Assembly: GCA_037625715.1 (NCBI GenBank)
Contig: JASJHQ010000078.1
Location: 3,550-67,549, forward strand
Length of the DNA: 64,000 nucleotides
DNA from: Flavobacteriales bacterium
GTDB lineage: Bacteria > Bacteroidota > Bacteroidia > Flavobacteriales > UBA7312
Reading direction: 5' to 3'
Position 1 is the stretch's first letter. Each line of letters opens with the position of its first letter. A program made the translations under genes and the position numbers. Below are positions 1 through 9,919 of the stretch, in pieces. The notes under the pieces were generated by a model. That model was given only the letters and a program-made list of their open reading frames with translations, had not been told where the DNA came from and ran no database searches.

Positions 1-970
1 TTTTAACATCTTTAGTGTTAGAAGCTATGACAGGAACTTCAGCCATTAAATATTCAAATATCTTATTGGGCATACAATAGTAATTATTAAGACATGAGTT
101 CTCTGTATATAAAATTCCAAAGTCAGCACATTTAGTGTAATCGAAAACATCATTTATCTTTACTGCTGGATGATAAAAAATATTAGAACATCTATTTGAA
201 AATTGCAGAACCAAAGGAAGAAGCAAACCGTATCCCATAAAAACGATAACTGGCAAGGAATCTTTTTCGCCTTTATAATTTGAATGCAAGTGATCAAACG
301 CAACTAAAATAGACTCAATCCCTCTACTTTTACTAAACCCACCTTGATAAATAAATATTTTCTGATTTTCAGCAATGTTAAACTTTTGTCTAAACACATT
401 ATCATTTTCAGAAAACTCTGCAACATCCTTATATACAGGAGTATTATAAATTAACCTAGGCTTAGCAATGCCATATAGCTTTTTATATTCATCAGCAATG
501 GAGTCACTAACTGTAAACACGACATCAGCAGAGCTAATCAAGTTTTTTTCAATAATAAAAGCAAAGAATTTATCAAGCTTAGATAATCCATACATTTGAG
601 TTTCATACTCGTGTGCATCATAAACAATTTTCACTTGAGAATTAAAAAGCTTTTTAACAAGAAAACCTACAGGAAGGGCTTTTAAATCATTACAATGAAT
701 GATTTCTTTTCTCTTTACTAATTGATAAGCTTTATGTAAAAATTCAAAGTATTTAAATATTTGGACGAATTTATTTTTAGACCAATTTCTAGATGACAAC
801 TTAACTCTTCGCACTAAAATATCTTCAACAATTTCTTCTTGAGCTAAATCATTTTCATGTAGAGCAATAACACAAACTTTGAAATCATTATTTCGTAAAG
901 AAATTGCTTCTTTTAAAACACGACTATCATTAAGAAAATTATTTAATACAATTGAAGCGACACTTATCAT
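1..970 (-). CDS. Glycosyltransferase, GT4/group-1 family (C-terminus runs off window start)
   Basis: Absent from the ORF track because it is open to the window edge. Hand translation of the minus strand from ATG 970-968 is stop-free for 323 codons: MISVASIVLNNFLNDSRVLKEAISLRNNDFKVCVIALHEN...IFIYQGGFSKSRGIESILVAF...CMPNKIFEYLMAEVPVIASNTKDVK. The PNKxxEYxxxxxPVIAS stretch is the GT-B group-1 signature. ATGA start/stop overlap with gene 967-2319. Confidence 0.8.
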   Translation of the reverse strand, partial: MISVASIVLNNFLNDSRVLKEAISLRNNDFKVCVIALHENDLAQEEIVEDILVRRVKLSSRNWSKNKFVQIFKYFEFLHKAYQLVKRKEIIHCNDLKALPVGFLVKKLFNSQVKIVYDAHEYETQMYGLSKLDKFFAFIIEKNLISSADVVFTVSDSIADEYKKLYGIAKPRLIYNTPVYKDVAEFSENDNVFRQKFNIAENQKIFIYQGGFSKSRGIESILVAFDHLHSNYKGEKDSLPVIVFMGYGLLLPLVLQFSNRCSNIFYHPAVKINDVFDYTKCADFGILYTENSCLNNYYCMPNKIFEYLMAEVPVIASNTKDVK

Positions 971-2319
971 TTTATAGAATTAAATTTAAAAATAGATATA
1001 AAATAAAGAATTACAGCCAAAATAGATATTAAAACAAATTCGAAATCAAATAATATTCCGACATAAGAAGTTCCAACATATTTAGACATGAAAAACATTA
1101 AATATACATAATAGGCTATAGGAATTATAGACTTATTGATTGAAACGTATGATTTAAAAATTAAATCAAGAAATTGAAGTATAAAACCAAGAAGCAACAT
1201 AGAAAAAATAGCTCCAAATGCACCAAAGTTAGCCCACCAATCAGCATAAAAAACAGTTGGGAGAGAGCCAACCAAACCCGTAGAAACCTTCGCAGGAAAA
1301 GCGTGATTAAAAGCCTTAGTTGTTATTTGAAAATTCTCAAAAGGCAAAAATCCACCAGGATTAGGAAAAGAAGATCCCATCAAAAAACCAATAGAAGATT
1401 GCATATCTTGATACCAATAAAAGGGCACAATCTGGGAAACAAAAACTCTATGAAATATAATTTTAAAAATAGCAATAATATTTTTATCTGCTTGACCCAT
1501 AAAAAAGACATACATCATTATTAGCAAAAAGAAAACAGTTATAGACAGCCCAAAAATAAGCTTCAAATTAATTTTCTTTTTTTGAATAATACCAGAAACA
1601 AATAACAAAAGAATAAGATCAATAATTGGCGCTTTATTCAAATTCATAACAGAAATGAATAGGACATAGAAAAGACAAATAGAAAAAAGAAATTTCCATA
1701 TAAAATTTCTTCTTTTATTAAAAAACAATATGATGAGCATAAATTTTGAAGATGCTCCTATTAGAAATTTAAACCAATGTAATTTGCCTGAAAAATTATT
1801 TCCAGCATCACTTCTCATGAGCGCTAAAACAGCCTCATTAGTTCCTGAAAAAACATGAATTATAGGAAGCTCACCAATAATAGAACGATAGATATACAAA
1901 CTAAAGGAAGAAACTAATAAAATAATAATTATAGAAAGTAAAACACCTAAATTGACATTAAATGTCTTCAACGGTTTTGAAAAGAATTTTTCATTTAAAC
2001 TATTGTTGTCAAACTTAAAAAACAAATTAGCAATGAGCATTCCTAAAGGGATTAAGACAATGCCTAAAGAGCTATATAACCAAACATTAAACACATAGTC
2101 AAGATTACTGTACATGCCATAATTCAACTCCAATTGAAAAAACACAACATTATACAATACAGAACCCACATAGGCGAAAACCAAATACTTCAGCATAAAG
2201 AAGTTAGGAATCGTAAATGATCTTATGGGGCCATTAGCAAAAACAAGTAACCTATACCCCATCCATAAAAATAGAATCGAGAAAAAAATAATATGAATAC
2301 TTAAAAATCCGTGTACCAT
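967..2319 (-). CDS. Polytopic membrane protein, O-antigen/repeat-unit polymerase (Wzy-like)
   Basis: 450 aa, almost entirely hydrophobic helices with one larger hydrophilic loop (MRSDAGNNFSGKLHWFK) and no soluble domain. It lies between a flippase and glycosyltransferases in a co-directional polysaccharide operon. Call rests on topology and context only. Confidence 0.5.
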   Translation of the reverse strand: MVHGFLSIHIIFFSILFLWMGYRLLVFANGPIRSFTIPNFFMLKYLVFAYVGSVLYNVVFFQLELNYGMYSNLDYVFNVWLYSSLGIVLIPLGMLIANLFFKFDNNSLNEKFFSKPLKTFNVNLGVLLSIIIILLVSSFSLYIYRSIIGELPIIHVFSGTNEAVLALMRSDAGNNFSGKLHWFKFLIGASSKFMLIILFFNKRRNFIWKFLFSICLFYVLFISVMNLNKAPIIDLILLLFVSGIIQKKKINLKLIFGLSITVFFLLIMMYVFFMGQADKNIIAIFKIIFHRVFVSQIVPFYWYQDMQSSIGFLMGSSFPNPGGFLPFENFQITTKAFNHAFPAKVSTGLVGSLPTVFYADWWANFGAFGAIFSMLLLGFILQFLDLIFKSYVSINKSIIPIAYYVYLMFFMSKYVGTSYVGILFDFEFVLISILAVILYFISIFKFNSIK

Positions 2320-2320
2320 T

Positions 2321-3574
2321 CTAATTCCAAATAAAAGATTTTTTATTCAATATTGGTATTGCCATTATGACATAACAAAAAGTGTGAATTAAAGAAAAAT
2401 AAAGAAAGAATTGACTCAATTCAATCGAATATGTCTTGCCTAAAACAAACAACAAAAACAGCATAACAAAACGAGAAATCTCAATATAAAACGAATATTT
2501 ATTATTATTTGAAACTAAATAAATTTGAGTAAAAGGAGAAATCGTAAATGCTGGGATCAAGTAAATAAGTAAGTATTGTGATATAACACCAGCTTCCCTC
2601 CAATCCTCACCAAAGAAAAAAGAAAACATATCAGGTAAGAAACTATACACCGACAAAGCAACTAAAGTTGTAATAACAAATATAGAAGCTATTGCTTTTC
2701 GAGTTGTTTTGAATAATTCTTCTTTTTTATTATTGATGAAAAAATCAGATGCTTGTTTGTAATATACTTGGCCAATTGATGCTGAAATGATGTTAGACGG
2801 TACTGTTAGCACTCTTTTTGACAAAGCGTAATAACCTAAGATTGAAACCGTATAAACGTCTTGTATGAAGAAAACAGGCACCTGAACAACTAATTGATAA
2901 AGCAAAGATTGAGGCATCGTATATAAGGGGAAGTTTTTATACTTAGCAGCTAATCTTTTAACGCTTGATTTACTCACTTCTTTTAATCTAAAATCAAACC
3001 CAGAATTTCGCAGTAAATAAAAAGTGGAAGTAAGAAAAGCTAAAGAAGAACTAAAGACAAGAGCTAAAGACCCAAATTGCAAATAACCTAAAGAAACATT
3101 AGAAGTGGAGCTAGTCAAAGATTGAGTAGTTTTAGAAATTGCTATCGATTTATATTTTTCAAACTTATTAGACAAGGACAAATAAATTTGCTGAATACTA
3201 ACCATCAAAACAACCAAAGGCAATCCGTATAAAAAAGAATCTCTAATAGCTAACTCAAAAACAGAAAACTGTTTATTTAAGAAAATTAAAACATATAAGA
3301 AAACCGTAAAACAAACAGAAATAAAAATATTTAAAAACACTAAATTATTGATGTCTTGTTTCTTTTCCGGAAGCAACAAAGAAGAAGAGTACTTACCATT
3401 AGCTACAGAAGTACAAATATTTAAAATACTAAGAAAAATAGCTAATTCTCCAAACTGGGAAGAATCAAATAATCGAGTTAGCAGTGGGCTTATTAAAATT
3501 GGTATGGATTGTGACAAAACACTTCCAGACATCAAAGTCAAAACACTTTTAAAAATGTTACTTTTTTTATCCAT
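2321..3574 (-). CDS. wzx: Polysaccharide/O-antigen flippase, Wzx (PST/MOP family), paralogue 3
   Basis: 417 aa polytopic protein. The N-terminus GSVLSQSIPILISPLLTRLFDSSQFGELAIFLSI..NGKY parallels that of ORF 6050-7297, the typical oligosaccharide-flippase N-terminal pattern. Confidence 0.65.
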   Translation of the reverse strand: MDKKSNIFKSVLTLMSGSVLSQSIPILISPLLTRLFDSSQFGELAIFLSILNICTSVANGKYSSSLLLPEKKQDINNLVFLNIFISVCFTVFLYVLIFLNKQFSVFELAIRDSFLYGLPLVVLMVSIQQIYLSLSNKFEKYKSIAISKTTQSLTSSTSNVSLGYLQFGSLALVFSSSLAFLTSTFYLLRNSGFDFRLKEVSKSSVKRLAAKYKNFPLYTMPQSLLYQLVVQVPVFFIQDVYTVSILGYYALSKRVLTVPSNIISASIGQVYYKQASDFFINNKKEELFKTTRKAIASIFVITTLVALSVYSFLPDMFSFFFGEDWREAGVISQYLLIYLIPAFTISPFTQIYLVSNNNKYSFYIEISRFVMLFLLFVLGKTYSIELSQFFLYFSLIHTFCYVIMAIPILNKKSFIWN

Positions 3575-3584
3575 AAATATTTAA

Positions 3585-4727
3585 TCAATTACATACAGAT
3601 GTGTATATACTTTGGAGGGATTGTGAAATTACTTTTTCTGAATAAGTATTCATTACATAGTTTCTAAGCTTCTCTTTTTGAAAAGAATCTTTTCGAACAA
3701 CCACTTCCTTTAGAGAATCTCCTAGCTGATCAATATCACAAAGAATACCGTAATCGTCATTTGTAATAATAGAGGATGGGCCAGAGGACTTGACAGAAAC
3801 AACTGGCACTCCACAAGAAAGAGATTCTATAATAACAACACTAAAAGTCTCAATAAAACTTGAGACTACTAAGCAATTGGATTGATGAATTAACTGACGC
3901 ACCTTTTTTCTAGAAGGAGCTTTTAGCAGATTAACTTGATTATGGGAATCATTCTTTTTAATATAATCTTGTATCTTCCCTTTCTGAGGGCCGTATCCTG
4001 CTACCGTTAGTTTTCTGTTTAAGTCACCTTTAAAATTATCCAAAAAACTTTTGACAAGATGAATTTGATTTTTATTTGCATTAAGATGCCCGATGTTTAA
4101 AAAATTAAACTGACTATTACTTCCCTGCTGATCTAGTAAATTAAAAAAATCAACATCAACAACATTAGGTATCGTAACAAACTGAATACCCATTTTTTTA
4201 ATCAACAACTCTGTAAATCCGATACTAACGGAAATGTTCATATCGCTTTTTTCAAAAACATTTTTAGCAAACCTTAATTGATTTTTAGAAAGCTGATTAT
4301 CAATGAAAGCGCTAGAATGTTCCGTAACTACAAATGGGATATTATACTTTTCCTTAGCCCAAATAGCAATGTCTCCAGAGTAAAAATTATGAACATGAAT
4401 AACATCAGGCATTCCTACCTCTTCAATATATTTTTTCAGAAGATACTTGCCTATCGACAACCTAACAAAGCTATTTAACCTAAAAGATTTTGGTATAGAA
4501 GGAAAAGGAAATACACTAGTAGGAATACCATCATCAATATATTTCTCTTTTTCGAAGAAAAACTTACTGTGATAAAATACCTTTTTCATGGAAATTGGTA
4601 ATGAGCACAAAACACCAACTTTGTTACCTTGTTTTTTTAAAGCCAAGGCTTGATCTCTAAAAAAAGGAGCCGATATTAAATTATAAGCACTTGTATAAGA
4701 AGAAGGTAAAATTAATATATGCTTCAT
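3585..4727 (-). CDS. Glycosyltransferase family 4 (group 1)
   Basis: 380 aa. GT-B architecture with the C-terminal E-x7-E-type motif (SSFIETFSVVIIESLSCGVPVVS). 1-nt TAATG overlap with the upstream gene. Confidence 0.8.
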   Translation of the reverse strand: MKHILILPSSYTSAYNLISAPFFRDQALALKKQGNKVGVLCSLPISMKKVFYHSKFFFEKEKYIDDGIPTSVFPFPSIPKSFRLNSFVRLSIGKYLLKKYIEEVGMPDVIHVHNFYSGDIAIWAKEKYNIPFVVTEHSSAFIDNQLSKNQLRFAKNVFEKSDMNISVSIGFTELLIKKMGIQFVTIPNVVDVDFFNLLDQQGSNSQFNFLNIGHLNANKNQIHLVKSFLDNFKGDLNRKLTVAGYGPQKGKIQDYIKKNDSHNQVNLLKAPSRKKVRQLIHQSNCLVVSSFIETFSVVIIESLSCGVPVVSVKSSGPSSIITNDDYGILCDIDQLGDSLKEVVVRKDSFQKEKLRNYVMNTYSEKVISQSLQSIYTSVCN

Positions 4728-6049
4728 TATTGTTTTATGTAATTTAACAAAGCATTAAATTTATTTCTGTAGAATTTAAAATCACTTTGCCTTACAAAGA
4801 CAAACTTAAAAAAAGAAATCTTATTATATCTAGAAAAGTAAATTACTTTAATAATAGCATCTGTTCCATAACAGAGGCTAGTGGAAAGTGCTGCTCCTAT
4901 CAATCCAATTTTAGGAATCAAAATAATATTTAAAGCAACATTAATAAATGCAACTACTAAAGCAACGTAAGAATTAATCTCTGGAAATCCTCTTCCAGTA
5001 AAATCGTTTGCTAAGACTTTACTTAATGAAAATAATACTACACCAGGAATCATAAATAAAAAAGGAACTACACTCTCAACAAAATCAATTCCAAATAAAA
5101 ATTTAATCAGAAAAGGACTTATAACTGCTAACCAACTTCCAGTAATAAATGTTAGAAAGAGAGTGTTACGCGATGCAAATGCAGTAAAATTAGTTTTTTC
5201 AATGTCTGTTTTTAAATTAGCGACTCTCGCAAAAAGAACAGAAGAAACTGCTTGAGGAATTAACCAAACTCTCTCAACGAGCAATACTGCTATAGAATAT
5301 ACACCAACACTTATATCGTCTAAGAAATAAGCTATTAGAAAAATATCTACTCTGTAACTTAAAAATGTAAGAACATTACTCACATGACCCTTTAATCCGA
5401 AAATTAAACTCTCTTTCAAATATGGAATAGACAATTTAAATGAGAATCCTAAGCCATATTCCTTCCGTATAATTAAATAAGAAACAATAGCCATTAATAA
5501 TTGAGTGCAAGCAAAACTCAAAACAGCACCAAAAACAGCGAGGTCAAGCAACCAAATAAAAAGGATAGAAAAAAACAGCAAACCAATCTGATTAAGAATA
5601 ACAACAATATTTAATTTTGAAAAATTTTCTTTGCTATGAAGAAATGACTGGAGATTTTTCTGAAGAAAAATTAATGGTATTATAAATAAAGTATACAGCA
5701 ACAATTGCAACGATATATTAGCAAAGAACTCTTCGGATAGAAAAAAGACAACCATAAGGCCAACTAATATTGAAATAAGACTCAATGAAGCTGAAATAAA
5801 AAAATTGCTATGGTATACTTCTGAATCAGAATATTTATCCTGTCCGATTAAGTAAACTGTAGAAATAGAAATTCCTGAATTAAAAAAAGTGTAGAGAATA
5901 GTAGGTAATAAAATAGCAAGTGTATACTGACCTTGTTTTTCTGGACCAAGAATTCTTGCAATAATAGTTACTGCCAACAGGCCTATCACAAGACTTAAAA
6001 TCTGTCTCGCTATCGTTATAGAAGAATTATAAAAAACAGACTTTTTCAA
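4727..6049 (-). CDS. wzx: Polysaccharide biosynthesis/flippase protein, Wzx (PST family), paralogue 2
   Basis: 440 aa, about 12-14 hydrophobic helices. N-terminus ITIARQILSLVIGLLAVTIIARILGPEKQGQY is typical of RfbX/PST proteins. The start is TTG at 6049-6047, directly after the TAA of the upstream gene; there is no ATG before the first helix. Confidence 0.65.
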   Translation of the reverse strand: MKKSVFYNSSITIARQILSLVIGLLAVTIIARILGPEKQGQYTLAILLPTILYTFFNSGISISTVYLIGQDKYSDSEVYHSNFFISASLSLISILVGLMVVFFLSEEFFANISLQLLLYTLFIIPLIFLQKNLQSFLHSKENFSKLNIVVILNQIGLLFFSILFIWLLDLAVFGAVLSFACTQLLMAIVSYLIIRKEYGLGFSFKLSIPYLKESLIFGLKGHVSNVLTFLSYRVDIFLIAYFLDDISVGVYSIAVLLVERVWLIPQAVSSVLFARVANLKTDIEKTNFTAFASRNTLFLTFITGSWLAVISPFLIKFLFGIDFVESVVPFLFMIPGVVLFSLSKVLANDFTGRGFPEINSYVALVVAFINVALNIILIPKIGLIGAALSTSLCYGTDAIIKVIYFSRYNKISFFKFVFVRQSDFKFYRNKFNALLNYIKQ

Positions 6050-7297
6050 TTATTTATTTTTTGAAATATTAAGAATTATTAAAACTCTGAAAAAATAAAA
6101 GACAGTCATTGTAACGCTAAAGGTTTTTAAGAAAAACTCAAAACTAAAATTAGAAAAATGACAAAACAACAAAGTGCAAACACTTAAAACAAATAAAACA
6201 AACTGAAGGATTAAAGATAATTTTTGCTTTTGAAATGCCGTATGAATACTTGTTAAAGGAGAAGCTACAAATTTTAAAATAAAAAATGGGATTAAGTATT
6301 TAGCAAAAGTACCAGCAAGACGCCATTCTTCTCCATATACAAACGCAAACAAATCTTCTATAAAGAAATAACTCAAGCCGTAACCCAAAACAGCTATTAC
6401 AAACAGCTTTAGCATTATACTTCGCGTTATAAAATAACTATTTACATTATTAGCGTCAGAAATCTCTTTTAAATAAGTCTGACTAATAGAATTACCAATA
6501 AAAGTAAATGGCGCTAGCATAACTTTATTCATAAGCGAATATAGTCCTAAAAAAACAGTAGAGTAAAAGGCTGGAATCAACAACTGCAATCCGCTTGACC
6601 CTAAATTATTCAAAAGAATTGCTGGCGAAGTATATTTAGGGAAATTGATATATCTCTTAGCCATAACCATCATCTTTTTAAGATCAAAATTTCTCCAATT
6701 TAAATCTGACTTAACATACAAGTAAAATGGAGCATAGATAGAAGAGATGATTTTACCTAATACAAGTCCGAAAGCTCCAGATTTAAATAAAGGAAATACT
6801 AATTGCACATTAACAAAAACAAGTGATTTTTCAATTTCCGAAATAGAGATATCCTTTAATTTCTCTTGCTTCAAATAATAAAAGTTAAGCGAGTTAAAAG
6901 CTCCAATAAAAAAAACAACTACTGGAACAAAAAGAAGCCAATTAGAGATAGAGTCTGAACCAAAAAAAAGCGCTATATCTACTTGAAATAATGCGATTAA
7001 GAAACTCAGCAGGACACTTGAAATCAAAGAAATTAACAAAGAAAGAAATGTTAATGCGTCCATTTCTTCTTTCTTATCAACAATCATTATTGCCTGCTCG
7101 TATCGTCCGTTTATAACTGATCCGATTATTGTAACAATGGAAACAAATAAAGCCAAAACACCAAATTGTTCTGGAGTATAAATTCTGGCAATAATAGGTG
7201 AGAAAAATAATGGAATAAGTTGTGCCAAAAAAGACCCCTTAAAGAGTATCAAAAAATTCTTAAAGAATTTAGATTGATATTTATCAAAGACCTCCAT
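6050..7297 (-). CDS. wzx: Polysaccharide/O-antigen flippase, Wzx (PST/MOP family), paralogue 1
   Basis: 415 aa polytopic protein. N-terminus GSFLAQLIPLFFSPIIARIYTPEQFGVLALFVSI..NGRY aligns by eye with ORF 2321-3574. Confidence 0.65.
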   Translation of the reverse strand: MEVFDKYQSKFFKNFLILFKGSFLAQLIPLFFSPIIARIYTPEQFGVLALFVSIVTIIGSVINGRYEQAIMIVDKKEEMDALTFLSLLISLISSVLLSFLIALFQVDIALFFGSDSISNWLLFVPVVVFFIGAFNSLNFYYLKQEKLKDISISEIEKSLVFVNVQLVFPLFKSGAFGLVLGKIISSIYAPFYLYVKSDLNWRNFDLKKMMVMAKRYINFPKYTSPAILLNNLGSSGLQLLIPAFYSTVFLGLYSLMNKVMLAPFTFIGNSISQTYLKEISDANNVNSYFITRSIMLKLFVIAVLGYGLSYFFIEDLFAFVYGEEWRLAGTFAKYLIPFFILKFVASPLTSIHTAFQKQKLSLILQFVLFVLSVCTLLFCHFSNFSFEFFLKTFSVTMTVFYFFRVLIILNISKNK

Positions 7298-7321
7298 TTT
7301 ATAAATATGGGGTTATTGAAA

Positions 7322-8407
7322 TCAAATTAATTTAGTTATGATGTGTTGATGCTCCTCACTTAAGAAAGGACTCATAGGAAGAGAAAACACCTCATTAGCT
7401 GCTTTTTCAGAAATAGGAAAATCTCCAAGAGAGTAGTTTAAAAAGGAATAACATTCCTGAAGATGTAATGGTTTCGGGTAATGAATAGCGGTAGGAATAC
7501 CATTATCCTTAAGCTTATCAATAAGCTCTTGTCTATTGTCAACCTGCAAAGTAAACTGAGCATAAACACTTGTTCTACCCTCTTTAATAATTGGCGTTTT
7601 GATTCCTTTATCTGAAAGTAAGTCAATATACTTTTGACCAATAGAATTTCTTTTTTGGACTTCGTCGGCAAAGTACTTTAGCTTAACAGTTAAAATTGCT
7701 GCTTGTATTGCATCCAATCTACCATTAATTCCAATAACAGTATGCTCGTATCGTTTTTTAGATCCGTGCGCCAAAATGATTCTAGCTTTTTCAGCAAGAG
7801 CGTCATCACTTGTAAACAAAGCACCGCCATCACCATAACAGCCTAATGGCTTGGAAGGGAAGAAACTTGTACAACCGAAATCACTAAGATTACAACTTCG
7901 CTTTCCATTATAAGTAGCACCAAAGCTTTGTGCGGCATCTTCAATTACGATCAAATTATGCTTTTTACCGATAGCATTTATCTTATCCATATCAGCAGTT
8001 TGTCCATATAATGAAACTGGCATTATGGCTTTTGTCTTATTTGATATTTTGGCTTCAATTAAATCTGCATTGATATTGTAAGTATCTTCTTCAATATCTA
8101 CAAAAACAGGAATAGCTCCTAACAAACTAATAACCTCACTAGATGCAATAAAAGTAAAAGGCGTGGTAATTATTTCATCACCCGCTTCAATGCCAATAGC
8201 CATTAAAGCCAATAGTAAAGCATCAGTACCACTAGCGCATCCGATTGCATGCTTAGCACCAGAAAATTTCGCTAAGTTTTCTTCAAACTCTTTAACCTTA
8301 GGACCCATTATATACTGAGAAGTGTCAAGTACATCATGAATAGCACTATCAATTTCTGTTTTATATCTTTGGTATTGTGCTTGTAAATCAATAAAAGGTA
8401 CGTTCAT
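7322..8407 (-). CDS. wbpE: DegT/DnrJ/EryC1-type PLP sugar aminotransferase (WbpE-like, UDP-3-oxo-GlcNAcA aminotransferase)
   Basis: 361 aa. Motifs GDEIITTPFTFIAS, EDAAQSFGA and the PLP-lysine region SFFPSKPLGCYGDGGA. Last gene of the wbpA-B-D-E-like block. Confidence 0.85.
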   Translation of the reverse strand: MNVPFIDLQAQYQRYKTEIDSAIHDVLDTSQYIMGPKVKEFEENLAKFSGAKHAIGCASGTDALLLALMAIGIEAGDEIITTPFTFIASSEVISLLGAIPVFVDIEEDTYNINADLIEAKISNKTKAIMPVSLYGQTADMDKINAIGKKHNLIVIEDAAQSFGATYNGKRSCNLSDFGCTSFFPSKPLGCYGDGGALFTSDDALAEKARIILAHGSKKRYEHTVIGINGRLDAIQAAILTVKLKYFADEVQKRNSIGQKYIDLLSDKGIKTPIIKEGRTSVYAQFTLQVDNRQELIDKLKDNGIPTAIHYPKPLHLQECYSFLNYSLGDFPISEKAANEVFSLPMSPFLSEEHQHIITKLI

Positions 8408-8408
8408 A

Positions 8409-8975
8409 TCAGCTAATTAATTCAACTTTATTATTTTTTAATTGGTATTTAGAATTATCAAAAACATCAGTCGCAAAACCGTCATTAAATTCTAAACGAT
8501 TTCCTGCTATACTTACCCATCCTTTATGAATTCCAGGAACACCATATATCATCTCAAAAGGCAATACATCTTTAGTCACAACACTACCGGCACCTATTAA
8601 AGCATATTCGCCTATGGTAATGCCACAAACAACAGTAGAGTTAGCACCAATAGAACAGCCTTTTTTCAATAATGTTTTCTTAAACTCTTCTTTTCTTACA
8701 ATAAAACTTCTTGGGTTGATAACGTTAGTAAAAACCATAGAAGGGCCTAAAAAAACATCATCTTCAACTTCTACGCCTTCGTAGATCGATATATTATTTT
8801 GCACTTTAACGCCATTGCCTATAACTACATTAGGACCAACAACACAATTCTGTCCGAAAGAACAATTTTCACCAATAATTGATCTAGATAAAATATGAGA
8901 GAAATGCCATACTTTGGTACCTTCTCCTATTTTAACATCGTCGTCAACAAACGAACTTTGGTGAATAAAACTCAT
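8409..8975 (-). CDS. wbpD: Left-handed beta-helix (hexapeptide) N-acetyltransferase (WbpD-like)
   Basis: 188 aa. Tandem hexapeptide repeats (IGENCSFGQNCVVGPNVVIGNGVKVQNNISIYEGVEVEDDVFLGP). Located between the oxidoreductase and aminotransferase genes. Confidence 0.8.
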   Translation of the reverse strand: MSFIHQSSFVDDDVKIGEGTKVWHFSHILSRSIIGENCSFGQNCVVGPNVVIGNGVKVQNNISIYEGVEVEDDVFLGPSMVFTNVINPRSFIVRKEEFKKTLLKKGCSIGANSTVVCGITIGEYALIGAGSVVTKDVLPFEMIYGVPGIHKGWVSIAGNRLEFNDGFATDVFDNSKYQLKNNKVELIS

Positions 8976-8981
8976 ATGAAA

Positions 8982-9917
8982 TTATTTACAAAATGGGTGA
9001 TAATCATCTTTCAAAGCTTCAACTTTTGCATTTCTCAAATGATGAACAATATCAATAGATGGTTTAGCTTCTAATAAACCGAAACCATTTCCTTCTAATA
9101 TCTTTTGATAACTGGTTGTATGTAAATCTGTAAAACCGCCACTAAATTCTAATTCGTCACCATCTACAGTTATGGAACGGAATGTTCTTTGTCCGCTAGC
9201 TTTAATGTGTTCCGGAATTAAATCATAGTTAACACTCAAAAACCATCTAACTCTAGCATTTTTTAATTGCAAAAAGCCAGCTGCTCTATCTTCTTGATTT
9301 AAATGAGAAATGCTTTTCTGTACAGGTCCAAAAATCCAAGTTAGCATATCAAAAAAATGAATTCCAATATTACTTGCAATTCCACCAGACTTAGACATAT
9401 CTCCTTTCCAAGAAGTGAAATACCAATTACCTCTACTTGTTAAATAACTTAAATCAACATCGTAGATTTTATCTTTAGGACCATTATCAATTTTTTCTTT
9501 TAATGCAATAATGGAAGGGTGAAGTCTTAACTGAAGAATATTGTTAATCTTTCTGCCGTTATCTTTTTCAACTTCCAAAAGAGCATCAATATTCCAAGGA
9601 TTAAGAACCAAAGGCTTTTCGCAAATTGCATCGGCGCCATTTCTTAGAGCCAATCTAATGTGAGCATCATGAAGATAATTAGGAGAACAAATACTTACAT
9701 AATCTAATGAAGTATTTTTTCTTTTAATTTTATCAAGGTGTCTATCAAATCTTTCTGGCTCTGTAAAAAATTCTGCGTTTGGAAAAAAACTATCAATCAC
9801 TCCAACACTATCAAATCGATCTAGTGCAGCAATTAAGTTATTACCAGTATCTTTAATAGCCTGCATATGTCTAACTGCGATATAGCCTGCCGCTCCTATT
9901 AATGCAAAATTTTTCAT
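8982..9917 (-). CDS. wbpB: Gfo/Idh/MocA-family NAD oxidoreductase (WbpB-like UDP-GlcNAcA 3-dehydrogenase)
   Basis: Rossmann N-terminus MKNFALIGAAGYIAVRHMQAI and the CEKPL motif. The ORF-track start at 9932 is a TTG that overlaps the upstream gene. ATG at 9917-9915 gives the canonical N-terminus 2 nt after the upstream stop. Confidence 0.8.
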   Translation of the reverse strand: MKNFALIGAAGYIAVRHMQAIKDTGNNLIAALDRFDSVGVIDSFFPNAEFFTEPERFDRHLDKIKRKNTSLDYVSICSPNYLHDAHIRLALRNGADAICEKPLVLNPWNIDALLEVEKDNGRKINNILQLRLHPSIIALKEKIDNGPKDKIYDVDLSYLTSRGNWYFTSWKGDMSKSGGIASNIGIHFFDMLTWIFGPVQKSISHLNQEDRAAGFLQLKNARVRWFLSVNYDLIPEHIKASGQRTFRSITVDGDELEFSGGFTDLHTTSYQKILEGNGFGLLEAKPSIDIVHHLRNAKVEALKDDYHPFCK

Positions 9918-9919
9918 CT

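Noticed and set aside
1174-1524. 116-aa plus-strand ORF, Lys/Arg-rich, inside the Wzy-like gene
   Set aside because: It is antisense to a well-supported membrane-protein ORF in very AT-rich DNA. The low-complexity basic sequence is typical of the reverse frame of Phe/Leu/Ile-rich genes. It has no start context or motifs.
7438-7671. 77-aa same-strand alternative-frame ORF inside the wbpE-like gene (similarly 15518-15724 inside gldK)
   Set aside because: It is fully nested in strongly supported genes and is out of frame. There is no evidence for overlapping coding.
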